From: Akkermansia muciniphila
Lineage (GTDB): Bacteria; Pseudomonadota; Gammaproteobacteria; Burkholderiales; Burkholderiaceae_C
Assembly (NCBI GenBank): GCA_943327015.2
Contig: CALPVM020000001.1
Coordinates: 1-33,098, forward strand
Direction: 5' to 3'
Length of the DNA stretch: 33,098 nt
The translations under genes and the position numbers were made by a program. The notes beneath the pieces were generated by a model, which saw only the letters and a program-made list of their open reading frames with translations, was not told the origin of the DNA and ran no database searches. How positions within the stretch are numbered: the stretch's first letter is position 1; the number at the start of each line of letters is the position of its first letter. Positions 21,461 through 30,148 of the stretch are shown in pieces.

Positions 21461-22534
21461 ATGACGGACAGAAATATTACGTGGGGTGACCCCAAGCGCC
21501 GTAGTTGGTTTGAGCAGTGGCTTGACCAAATACAAAAACAGCATGGCTTGCTGCAGGACAGTGTGCGCCTCGCATCAGCGGATGCGAGTTTCAGGCGGTA
21601 TTTTCGCGTGGATAGCTCGTTGAACTTGGCGCATGGGCAATCCAATAGTTTGATCATTATGGATGCTCCCCCGGATAAAGAGGACTGTAAACCGTTTGTA
21701 CATATTGCCGGTCTGTTGCACGATGCTGGTTTGTCTGCTCCCAAAGTACTGGATTGGAACGAAGAGCAGGGCTTTATGTTGCTTACGGATTTGGGAGCCC
21801 AAACCATGATGCAGGTAATGAATCCTGATGCACCGCCGCCCTTGCCTTTGTATTTGCAAGCAGTAGATACCCTGGTGCAGTGGCAATTGGCCTCGCGACC
21901 TGGTGTTTTGCCCTTTTATGACCGTGCTTTGCTGACGCGGGAATTGGAGTTGTTTCCACAGTGGTACATCGGACCGCATCGGCAAACATGTATTGATGCT
22001 GCTATGCGTAAAACACTGGATGATACATTTAACTGCATTGTGCAAAACAACTTGGCGTGGCCGAGTGTATATGTGCACCGTGATTTTATGCCGCGAAATT
22101 TAATGGCAGCTCCAAAAGCGCAGACCTTGGGTGTGCTGGATTTTCAGGATGCGGTATATGGCCCGATTACTTACGATATTGCCAGCCTGATGCGAGATGC
22201 ATTTATTAGTTGGGACGAAGATTTTTGTCTGGATGTAACGGTACGCTATTGGGAAAAAGCACGCAAGGCAGGTTTGCCAGTGGGTGATGATTTTGGTGAG
22301 TTTTACCGGGGCGTGGAATGGATGGGGCTACAGCGCCATCTCAAGGTAGCAGGAATTTTTGCCCGACTGACATTGCGCGATGGCAAGCCAAAATACTTGG
22401 CCGATACTCCGCGCTTTGTGCATTACATTTATTCCGCTTGTAACCGCTACCGTGAGCTAAAGCCGCTGTTGCGTCTGATAGAAAAAATGGAAGGCATAGC
22501 AGCGCCGGGTGTTTACACCTTTGGGCGCGCATAG
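21461..22534 (+). CDS. amgK: Anomeric MurNAc/GlcNAc kinase (aminoglycoside phosphotransferase family)
   Basis: SADASFRRYFR, MDAPP, VHRDFMPRNL, LDFQDA, QRHLKVAGIFARL and RDGK; divergent from lptD. Start at 21407 or 21461. Confidence 0.9.
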   Translation: MTDRNITWGDPKRRSWFEQWLDQIQKQHGLLQDSVRLASADASFRRYFRVDSSLNLAHGQSNSLIIMDAPPDKEDCKPFVHIAGLLHDAGLSAPKVLDWNEEQGFMLLTDLGAQTMMQVMNPDAPPPLPLYLQAVDTLVQWQLASRPGVLPFYDRALLTRELELFPQWYIGPHRQTCIDAAMRKTLDDTFNCIVQNNLAWPSVYVHRDFMPRNLMAAPKAQTLGVLDFQDAVYGPITYDIASLMRDAFISWDEDFCLDVTVRYWEKARKAGLPVGDDFGEFYRGVEWMGLQRHLKVAGIFARLTLRDGKPKYLADTPRFVHYIYSACNRYRELKPLLRLIEKMEGIAAPGVYTFGRA

Positions 22535-22541
22535 CCTAAAT

Positions 22542-23312
22542 ATGCCGCGGTTCTATTGCCCTGCACCGTTGCAAACGGGAGAGTCTCTTGAGTTGCCAGC
22601 GGGTGCTGCGCGCCATGTTCAAGTACTGCGCATGCAACCGGGGGATCGTGTTACGCTCTTTAATAGCGGTATGGTGGACGATGGCGTGTTGCAATTTACC
22701 GATGCTGGTGAGTATGAAGCCTCTATAACGCGCATGGGGCGCACTAGTGTGGCAGTATTGGTGGGGCAGCAAAGCCGTCCACAGCGTGAGCCACCAATAG
22801 CCGTGCATCTGGTGCTTGGGGTTCCAGCCAATGATCGCATGGACTGGCTGGTTGAAAAAGCCACCGAGTTGGGCGTGGCCAGCATTCGGCCATTAATGAC
22901 GGAGCGAAGTGTGCTTCGCCTTTCAGGTGAACGTGCCGAAAAAAAAGTTGCACATTGGCAAAGTGTGGCGATTTCTGCTTGTGAGCAATGCGGCGCCAAC
23001 CGGGTGCCGTTGGTGCATGGCATGATGCAATTTGCTGCATGGCTGAACCAGCCACTATCAGAGGTGGATGCTAAAGTCGTTTTGTCGCTGCATACAAACG
23101 CCGTACATTTGCGAGCTTGGCAACAAAGCATAGCAAAACAACCATCGACTAAGGTGGGGGCAGTGACAGTGCTCTCGGGCCCTGAAGGTGGCTTAAGCAT
23201 GGCTGAAGAGGCCGCTGCAATCAACCAAGGCTTTACACCCCTGAGCCTCGGTGATCGGGTATTGCGCTCAGAAACTGCGGCTTTGTCCGCATTAGCAGGT
23301 TTGGTTTTATAG
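22542..23312 (+). CDS. rsmE: 16S rRNA m3U1498 methyltransferase
   Basis: MPRFY, HVQVLRM, EKATELGV, ACEQCG, GPEGG and LGDRVLRSETA motifs. Confidence 0.97.
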   Translation: MPRFYCPAPLQTGESLELPAGAARHVQVLRMQPGDRVTLFNSGMVDDGVLQFTDAGEYEASITRMGRTSVAVLVGQQSRPQREPPIAVHLVLGVPANDRMDWLVEKATELGVASIRPLMTERSVLRLSGERAEKKVAHWQSVAISACEQCGANRVPLVHGMMQFAAWLNQPLSEVDAKVVLSLHTNAVHLRAWQQSIAKQPSTKVGAVTVLSGPEGGLSMAEEAAAINQGFTPLSLGDRVLRSETAALSALAGLVL

Positions 23313-23331
23313 TTCATTCAAGGAGACAAAT

Positions 23332-24102
23332 ATGGCCACAAAACTACGCCACCATCTTAATGTGGTGGGTTCGGTGCTTGGTTCAACGATGACTTTATGG
23401 CGCGGCACAAGTGTGGTGCATGCAGCTAAACAGCCGGATAAACCGATTCAGCTCTATGACATGGAGGGTAGTCCTCAGTGCCGTAGTGTGCGAGCGGCGT
23501 TAACAGCACTGGGATTGGATTTTGAGGTATATCCCTGTCCATTAGGTGGGGAACGCTTTGCTCCACAAGCAACAGCTTTGGGTGGAAAGCCGGGAATACC
23601 GGTGTTGGTGGATACCAATACCGACATGGTTAAAACGCACCCTCAAGCGATTGTGAAGTATTTGTTTCGACGTTATGCACATACGGTGGTGCCACGGTAT
23701 TACCGTGCTGGGCTGGTTCCGCATACTGTGGGAACGTTAGCAACAATTGCACGTCAGTTACGAGGAGTCAGTGTGCGTGCTTCACGTGTGCCGGCACAAC
23801 CATTGGAGTTGTGGAGCTTTGAGTCAAGCCCTTATAGCAGTTTGGTGCGTGAACGTCTTACAGAATTGGAGCTGCCGTACATTTTGCACAATATAGGCAA
23901 AGAACAGTTTTCGGACATGGGGCCTGCAACGATGCGCGTCAAGCCCGGGCCGTACATTCCTAAGGCTGGCGGCAAGCGGGAAAAGGTTCTGGCGCAATTG
24001 GGTAGGGTGCAAGTGCCCTACTTGGAAGACCCGAACACGGGGACAAAGATGTTCGAATCTGCGCTGATTATTGAATACTTGGAACAACAATACGCCCTTT
24101 GA
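23332..24102 (+). CDS. Tandem glutaredoxin/GST N-terminal-domain protein
   Basis: Two similar units: LYDMEGSPQC..VR...PVLVDTN and LWSFESSPYS.LVRE...QVPYLEDPN..MFES..IIEYL. AAGGAG SD upstream. Confidence 0.8.
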   Translation: MATKLRHHLNVVGSVLGSTMTLWRGTSVVHAAKQPDKPIQLYDMEGSPQCRSVRAALTALGLDFEVYPCPLGGERFAPQATALGGKPGIPVLVDTNTDMVKTHPQAIVKYLFRRYAHTVVPRYYRAGLVPHTVGTLATIARQLRGVSVRASRVPAQPLELWSFESSPYSSLVRERLTELELPYILHNIGKEQFSDMGPATMRVKPGPYIPKAGGKREKVLAQLGRVQVPYLEDPNTGTKMFESALIIEYLEQQYAL

Positions 24103-24134
24103 AGCGTGTTCAAAAGGCGTAATGTTGCGAAGGT

Positions 24135-25481
24135 TTAGGGTGTTTTGCTGGCGGTTAAAACACCTCTGACCAGATTACGGCTGTGGGAGCCAAAATTGTT
24201 GAGAAGGTCTGCCACTGCATTGTCTAAAGCAGACACTTTTTGTGCATCCAGCTTGCTGACTTCGGATTTAAGGTCAATTCCAGACTCTTTGGGGCCGAAG
24301 TCATACGAGGCATCGTTCACATAAAGTGGTGGCATGCCGCTCACAATAATTTCGGTTAAATTGTCACCGAGTGCATGGGACTGGCGGCTTACAACATCAC
24401 GCGCGTACAGGCTGCTCCATGCAGGATAAGAAGCATCTTTTTCCATATTGCGCAAGGACTTGTCTGCCACGCCCTCTTGCTTGGCAGTAGCAGCGCGGTA
24501 CAGGGTTTGGTTCTGGTATTTTTCCAGTGCCAGGTGGCGGTTGGAGAGCAAAATAATCATGTCATCTTTTTTGCCGGGCATGCCCATCATTGCGAGCATA
24601 TTAATGCCTAACATTTTGGCGGTGGAGCTTCCGGGAGACAAACTCGAGTGGTATGGTTGTGTCAAATCCTGAATGTAGTGCAGGGCTAAGCCACTAAAGC
24701 GCCAGCCCCAATAAGGATGGCCTGTGCGAAAAGCCAATTCAGCCAAGGTGCTGTATTGGTGCACGCGCAGCTGGGGAAAGGTTTTTTTGATGAAAGAAGC
24801 GGCCTTATAAAGAATGCTGGATTCATGGTAAAAGCCCATGTGAAATGGGGCTTGGGTAGCGTAGTAAAGACTCGGGTTGCCAAATGGCAGTTCGCCAAAT
24901 CCATATACCTTACCCCAGTCGGACGGACTATCGCCCCACAAATTAATATCTAGGCCATAGTCCGGCTCATCGGAGGCAGACGCAATCACAAAAAGTGGTG
25001 CCACTTTTTCGCCGGGTGTAAGCCCTACAAATTTGTAAACCGAGTTGGGTTGCTCGGGCAGTGTGCTGACGGTGTTGAACGGAACTAAACGGTTGGCATC
25101 TACGCTAGTTGCGGGGTCTGGCTGATAGTAAAGTGCAAACTTGCTGTTAGGTGCGACACGCATGGCCATCAGAAAAGCGAGGCGTCGTGCCTCATCGCTC
25201 ATGGCTGGGTTGGCTTTAAAAGCCAGTGCCGATGGAACAGCCGGATAAACATCCAAGTTGGTTTTAGCCCAGCTTTCGTGGCTGGTCAAAAGCGCTTCGA
25301 TGGCTTTTTCCTGGGCTTTTAAGAAAGATTCCAAGGGTTCAGCAGCAACGGGCGCGGCATTGGCAACTTCGGGCATTTTTTCAAATGCACGGTAGGCCGG
25401 TATGGTGTGATTGCCCCATGCAAAAGCATTGCTGCTTAGCATGCAAAATAGGCTGATAGATAGCCATAAAAAACGCTTCAT
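24135..25481 (-). CDS. Exported Zn-dependent phospholipase C / S1-P1 nuclease superfamily protein
   Basis: Signal peptide cleaving AFA|WGNH (N-terminal Trp/His metal ligands), plus DEPD, FHMGFYH, HYIQDLTQPYH and HLALE. Confidence 0.7.
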   Translation of the reverse strand: MKRFLWLSISLFCMLSSNAFAWGNHTIPAYRAFEKMPEVANAAPVAAEPLESFLKAQEKAIEALLTSHESWAKTNLDVYPAVPSALAFKANPAMSDEARRLAFLMAMRVAPNSKFALYYQPDPATSVDANRLVPFNTVSTLPEQPNSVYKFVGLTPGEKVAPLFVIASASDEPDYGLDINLWGDSPSDWGKVYGFGELPFGNPSLYYATQAPFHMGFYHESSILYKAASFIKKTFPQLRVHQYSTLAELAFRTGHPYWGWRFSGLALHYIQDLTQPYHSSLSPGSSTAKMLGINMLAMMGMPGKKDDMIILLSNRHLALEKYQNQTLYRAATAKQEGVADKSLRNMEKDASYPAWSSLYARDVVSRQSHALGDNLTEIIVSGMPPLYVNDASYDFGPKESGIDLKSEVSKLDAQKVSALDNAVADLLNNFGSHSRNLVRGVLTASKTP

Positions 25482-25552
25482 TCAAAATCTCCTCTTTGTT
25501 ATGTAAGATGGTTGCACACTAGAATGGTGGAATTTCATTGTAAGTTGACAAT

Positions 25553-26647
25553 ATGTCTGTGTATAAGTTTATTTTGCATTTGTGCATCGCTTTGCTGTAT
25601 TTTGCATCTGGCGGCATGGCGTGGGCGTGTGCTATTTGTGCTCCATCAGCAGAGCAAAATTCTTTGGTGTACAGGTTGCAAACTTCGGATGCTGCTATTT
25701 TGGCTAAACCAGTACACAGCAACAAGATGGCTACGCCAGTACAGGCTATAAAAGGCATATTGCCAGATGGGGATGTGTTGGTAGCAGATGTGCTACCAAC
25801 AGCCGCTGGACAGGAGCCTACGGAGTCGGTGTTGCTTTTGTTCAATCCCGGGCTCGGTGGTTGGATTCATGCAGGTGCCATGCCTTCGTCACGTGCAGAG
25901 TGGCTGCGGGGCTTGGTTGGCTTGCGTCCGGCGTCTGCGCTTGCAATAGCTGACCCCAGCTGGCCGGTGCGTGTAGCTCAGTTTGTGAATGATTTAGAGC
26001 ATCCCAATCCACTATTGGCACAAACCGCATACGATGAAATTGCTGTTGCACCCTATTCAGTAATGCGATCACTAAAGCCGCATTTAAATGCAGTAAAGCT
26101 GGGCGAGTGGTTGAAGTCTGACGCATTGTTGAAGCGTCGGTCTTTATATTATCTTCTTCTTGGTTTTGCCGGAGACAGTGCCACAGCAGATGGGTTGGAG
26201 CGTCGGATTAAAGCGCAGAGTCAGTCACTGAACAAGGCCGAGTTGTCGTCCATGATGGCTGCATTGCTAGAGTTGCGTGGTGCAACAGGTGTAGAGTGGG
26301 TGGAGACCCATTATTTAAAAAACCAAGATCGCTCAGACATTGAATTACAAGCTGCCGTATTGGCTTTGACTGTGCATGCCAATGACGGTCACAAGGTGAG
26401 CCGAGAAAAGGTGGTTCAAGCGTATGCGGTTTTTATTAAAAGTAACCCAATACGCGCAGGTTTTGTTGCGTCAGATTTGGGTAACTGGGGACGTTGGGAG
26501 TTTGTTAGCGATTACATGACGGTGCTTAAAAGCGGTGTTCAGCAAGCCTTTGCATCGCGCTACGCAATCGTGTTGTATTTGATGCGTAGCCCTTCCCAAG
26601 AGGCGCGTAATGCTCTGGAGCAATTACGCGCTGAGGGGGTTTTGTAA
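25553..26647 (+). CDS. Exported hypothetical protein with N-terminal CxxC and an alpha-helical (HEAT-like) C-terminal region
   Basis: 364-aa ORF with signal-like N-terminus AWA|CAIC and a Leu/Ala-rich, helical-looking body. No recognised family. Confidence 0.7.
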   Translation: MSVYKFILHLCIALLYFASGGMAWACAICAPSAEQNSLVYRLQTSDAAILAKPVHSNKMATPVQAIKGILPDGDVLVADVLPTAAGQEPTESVLLLFNPGLGGWIHAGAMPSSRAEWLRGLVGLRPASALAIADPSWPVRVAQFVNDLEHPNPLLAQTAYDEIAVAPYSVMRSLKPHLNAVKLGEWLKSDALLKRRSLYYLLLGFAGDSATADGLERRIKAQSQSLNKAELSSMMAALLELRGATGVEWVETHYLKNQDRSDIELQAAVLALTVHANDGHKVSREKVVQAYAVFIKSNPIRAGFVASDLGNWGRWEFVSDYMTVLKSGVQQAFASRYAIVLYLMRSPSQEARNALEQLRAEGVL

Positions 26648-26654
26648 TAGAACT

Positions 26655-27521
26655 TTAAGCTGTTTGGGCTTCTTTTGCCGGAAACTTGCCGTTGAGCCAA
26701 TTTTCCAGGGTGCGATACACGACACGTGCGTCTTTTTCGTTAAAGAGCTCGTGGTACATGTCGGCGAAGCAAACCGTCTTGACGACTTCTTTCGGGGCGT
26801 TTGCACCAAAGCGTTTGCTGCCTTGCCAGTTGAGAATGCGGTCGTCTCCGGAGTACATCAAAAGCGTAGGTACTTCCCATTGTGATGCTGCAGCTTCGGT
26901 TTCGGGGCCGGCAACAGCAAAGAATTTGCCTAAACGTGCAGATACTCGGTCGTGCACCAGGGGGTCGGCTCTGTAAGCGGCAACCACATTGCGGTCGTGG
27001 GAGATATAGTTGCGATTTAAGCCGTTGCCAACACGCAGATCTGGTACCAAGCCGGGCAATACTTTGACCAGCATTTTTTGGAACGGGGTCATGCCGGGGT
27101 CTAATGCCGGTGAAGACATAATGAGCGCATCAACAGGGCGCATGTTGAGTGATACAAACCGGCCCACCACCAAGCCACCCATGCTGTGACCCAGCAATAT
27201 GAGGGGCGTGTCTTTGCCGATCATCTCGCGGGTGTTGTCTAGAATTTCGGCCAGGTCGTCCAGCATTTTTGTGTCCGTGGGCAGGCTGCCGCGCAGACCC
27301 GATGAGTGACCGTGTCCGACGTGGTCGTAACTGCGAACTGCAAAGCCCCATTCGTTAAGTTTGCTGGCCAATGTAATGTGGCGGCCTGAATGTTCGCCCA
27401 ATCCGTGTACTACAACAACCATGCCACGGCAGGGTGCGCCGTATTCCAGTGGCCAGTCGCGAATAGATAGAGTACCGCCGTCTTTGACTTTAAGGGTGGA
27501 CACTTTAGTGACTATGTTCAT
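26655..27521 (-). CDS. Alpha/beta hydrolase, lysophospholipase/monoacylglycerol lipase family
   Basis: VHGLGEHSGR, DHVGHGHS, GHSMGG nucleophile elbow, DPLVH and YHELFNE. Confidence 0.92.
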   Translation of the reverse strand: MNIVTKVSTLKVKDGGTLSIRDWPLEYGAPCRGMVVVVHGLGEHSGRHITLASKLNEWGFAVRSYDHVGHGHSSGLRGSLPTDTKMLDDLAEILDNTREMIGKDTPLILLGHSMGGLVVGRFVSLNMRPVDALIMSSPALDPGMTPFQKMLVKVLPGLVPDLRVGNGLNRNYISHDRNVVAAYRADPLVHDRVSARLGKFFAVAGPETEAAASQWEVPTLLMYSGDDRILNWQGSKRFGANAPKEVVKTVCFADMYHELFNEKDARVVYRTLENWLNGKFPAKEAQTA

Positions 27522-27680
27522 GATGTGAGTTTTCTAAAAAAGTAGTGGTAAATAATGGGAAAACAATATTTTGTTGATGTGGTATGTGGTTTAAAAACGT
27601 TTTCGTTAGTTAAGAAATAAACAACGGAATATCATGCCACTGATTGGGGATTTTCGCTATCCATAACAACCCGAATTTTG

Positions 27681-28265
27681 CTACGAACGGGCTAATTTGA
27701 ATACGGATGTGCCCGCCAGAAGGTTGGGTGCAAACCTAACCGAGCGACCATTTTGTAAACCAAAGCTGTCCAACACCTTTAAGCCATTGCGCTGAGCCAG
27801 TAAAGCCAAGTCAGCGTGGGTGCCTACACGAATATTCGGGGTGTCGTACCATTCGAAAGGGAGTCGCTTGGTAACGGGCATGCGCCCGGCAAGAATACTG
27901 AGCCGATTAGGCCAATGGGCAAAATTAGGAAAGGCGATGATGCCAACCTGCCCCACCCGTACGGTTTCGCGCAGCATGGTTTCTGCGTTGCGCAGGTGCT
28001 GTAGGGTGTCTATTTGTAGTACAACGTCAAAGCTGGCATCTGCAAAGGTGGCAAGTCCTTCATCTAAGTTGAGTTGGATAACATTGACTCCGCGTTCAAC
28101 ACACGCTTGTACGTTAGCGTCGGCAATTTCAACACCGTAACCGGTGCATCGACGATGGCGCTGTAGGTATTCCAGCAGCGCTCCATCCCCGCAGCCTAAA
28201 TCGAGAACGCGCGAGCCTTCGGGTACCCAGCTGGCAATAACTTCAAGACGGGAGTGGTCGCTCAT
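27681..28265 (-). CDS. metW: Methionine biosynthesis protein MetW
   Basis: [16 protein letters not shown] and WYDTPNI; 4-nt ATGA overlap with metX. Confidence 0.96.
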   Translation of the reverse strand: MSDHSRLEVIASWVPEGSRVLDLGCGDGALLEYLQRHRRCTGYGVEIADANVQACVERGVNVIQLNLDEGLATFADASFDVVLQIDTLQHLRNAETMLRETVRVGQVGIIAFPNFAHWPNRLSILAGRMPVTKRLPFEWYDTPNIRVGTHADLALLAQRNGLKVLDSFGLQNGRSVRFAPNLLAGTSVFKLARS

Positions 28266-29431
28266 GCTGTTTCTCCCGTGCTTAGTGTGTGGGCAATGCG
28301 TTGAAAGTAGGTTCGTACTACTCCATGATAACGCGGGTCATCTAGCAGAAACGCATCATGGCCGTGGGGGGCATCAATCTCAGCGTAGCTGACGTCATGC
28401 TTGTTATCCAGTAGGGCTTTGACCATCTCACGGCTGCGTTGTGGAGCAAAGCGCCAATCGGTCGTAAAGCTGATAAGCAAAAATTTACAGGTAGCGCGTG
28501 CCAGAGCGCGGCTCAGATCGCCGCCAAAGGCGCGCGCAGGGTCAAAATAGTCGAGTGCGCGGGTAATGAGCAGGTAGGTGTTGGCATCAAAATATTCAGC
28601 AAACTTGTCGCCTTGGTAGCGCAAATAGCTTTCGATCTGAAATTCCACGTCTTGGGTGCTGTACAAGTATTCATCGAGAGTGCCGCGGCCTGCAGCAGCG
28701 CGTAGTTGGCGGCCGAATTTCTCGTTCATGACATCGTCGCTGAGGTAGGTGATGTGCCCGATCATGCGGGCAATGCGCAGTCCACGCTTAGGGATGACGT
28801 TGTGCTCGTAAAAATGTCCGCCATGAAAGTCGGGATCGGTGGCAATGGCCCGGCGCGCTACTTCGTTGAATGCAATGTTTTCAGCGGTGAGGTTGGGTGC
28901 GCTGGCAATCACTACGGCGTGCTGTACACGCTCAGGGTACTGAAGCGTCCAGCTCAATGCTTGCATGCCGCCCAAGGATCCGCCCATGACTGCTGCTAGG
29001 GTAGAAATGCCTAGTGCATCCAGAAGGCGTGCCTGCGCATCGACCCAATCTTCTACGGTGACCACTGGAAAATCGGCGCCGTACATCTGGCGTTGATCCG
29101 GTGCTGCATCAGGGTTGGGGTGCATGGGGCCGGTAGAGCCAAAGCAGGAGCCGATGTTATTGATGCCAATAACAAAAAAGCGGTTGGTGTCTACCGGCTT
29201 GCCGGGGCCAATCATGTTGTCCCACCAGCCCTCAGAACTTGGTTGACCATCGTAGACACCTGCTACGTGGTGCGAGGCATTAAGCGCATGGCAGATGAGT
29301 ACCGCATTACTGCTGTTGGTGTTGAGTTGGCCGTAGGTTTCATAACGAACATCGTAGTCACGCAACTGTTTGCCACTGCGGAGTGGCAGCGGGGCATTGA
29401 AGTGCATGGACTGTGGTGTGGCGATTAACAT
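28262..29431 (-). CDS. metX: Homoserine O-acyltransferase (MetX family)
   Basis: [43 protein letters not shown] and HGHDAFL. Confidence 0.97.
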   Translation of the reverse strand: MLIATPQSMHFNAPLPLRSGKQLRDYDVRYETYGQLNTNSSNAVLICHALNASHHVAGVYDGQPSSEGWWDNMIGPGKPVDTNRFFVIGINNIGSCFGSTGPMHPNPDAAPDQRQMYGADFPVVTVEDWVDAQARLLDALGISTLAAVMGGSLGGMQALSWTLQYPERVQHAVVIASAPNLTAENIAFNEVARRAIATDPDFHGGHFYEHNVIPKRGLRIARMIGHITYLSDDVMNEKFGRQLRAAAGRGTLDEYLYSTQDVEFQIESYLRYQGDKFAEYFDANTYLLITRALDYFDPARAFGGDLSRALARATCKFLLISFTTDWRFAPQRSREMVKALLDNKHDVSYAEIDAPHGHDAFLLDDPRYHGVVRTYFQRIAHTLSTGETA

Positions 29432-29484
29432 ATAGCAATGCGTTGGAAGAAACTGAACGCAGACTGAACTTGGAAAAAGTGTGA

Positions 29485-29538
29485 TCCGTGTTTAGCTGAA
29501 TTTATTAAGCGCCCGCAAGCTGGAGCAAATTGGCGCTA
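29485..29538 (-). ncRNA. SAM-II riboswitch upstream of metXW
   Basis: Minus strand reads UAGCGCC-AAUUUGCUCCAGCUUGCG-GGCGCU-UAAUAAAUUCAGCUAAACACGGA. P1 AGCGCC/GGCGCU and the conserved AUUU, UUGC, AUAAA and GCUAAA elements are present, in a met-gene context. Confidence 0.85.
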
Positions 29539-29552
29539 CGACTCATATGGTA

Positions 29553-29561
29553 AGTATAGCA
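29553..29561 (-). promoter_or_regulatory. Extended -10 promoter element for the riboswitch-metXW transcript
   Basis: TGCTATACT (TGn-TATACT) on the minus strand, about 14 nt upstream of riboswitch P1. Confidence 0.5.
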
Positions 29562-29584
29562 AGCAACTTGGTGGTGTATTCGAC

Positions 29585-30148
29585 TTACATAGATACGAAA
29601 GCCAAAATGCCCAAAATCGCAAAAATGCCAGCTGAAATCAGATGCACCATGCGCATGGGCACCAGTCGGGTAACGCGCTCGCCCAACCAAACAGCAGGTG
29701 CATTGGCCAGCATCATACCCAGCGTGGTACCAGCCACTACGGTGTAAAATTCATTGTAACGGGCGGCAAGCATCACGGTCGCAATTTGAGTTTTATCGCC
29801 CATTTCAGCCAGAAAAAAAGCAATGACTGTGGTGCCGAACACGCCCCAGCGCGGATGGCTGTTGGTGGTTGAGTCCTCCATGGTGTCGGGTATGAGCATC
29901 CAGAGTGCCATAGCAATAAAAGAAGCGCCTAAAACCAAGCGCAAGGTGTTCGCACCAACTACGGTTGTGACCCAGGCGCCCAGAGCACCTGCTAAGCCGT
30001 GATTTAATAATGTTGCTACCAATATGCCTAACACAATGGGCCAAGGTTTGCGAAAACGTGCAGCAAGAAGCAGCGCAAGAAGTTGTGTTTTGTCACCCAT
30101 TTCGGCAATGGCAACAATACCGGTGGATATTGCAAAAGCTTCTATCAT
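29585..30148 (-). CDS. UPF0016/TMEM165/GDT1-family Mn2+/Ca2+ exporter
   Basis: Two copies of the family motif AEMGDKTQ; hydrophobic helices. Confidence 0.95.
   Translation of the reverse strand: MIEAFAISTGIVAIAEMGDKTQLLALLLAARFRKPWPIVLGILVATLLNHGLAGALGAWVTTVVGANTLRLVLGASFIAMALWMLIPDTMEDSTTNSHPRWGVFGTTVIAFFLAEMGDKTQIATVMLAARYNEFYTVVAGTTLGMMLANAPAVWLGERVTRLVPMRMVHLISAGIFAILGILAFVSM

Noticed and set aside
21319-21807. 162-aa and neighbouring minus-strand ORFs over amgK
   Set aside because: Antisense shadows of a well-conserved gene.
22619-23317. 232-aa ORF antisense to rsmE
   Set aside because: Shadow ORF with no motifs and a composition typical of reverse-strand reading.
27522-27680. AT-rich gap with short palindromes (AACAATATTTTGTT, AAAACGTTTT)
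   Set aside because: Short AT-rich palindromes are expected by chance; no recognisable RNA or operator.
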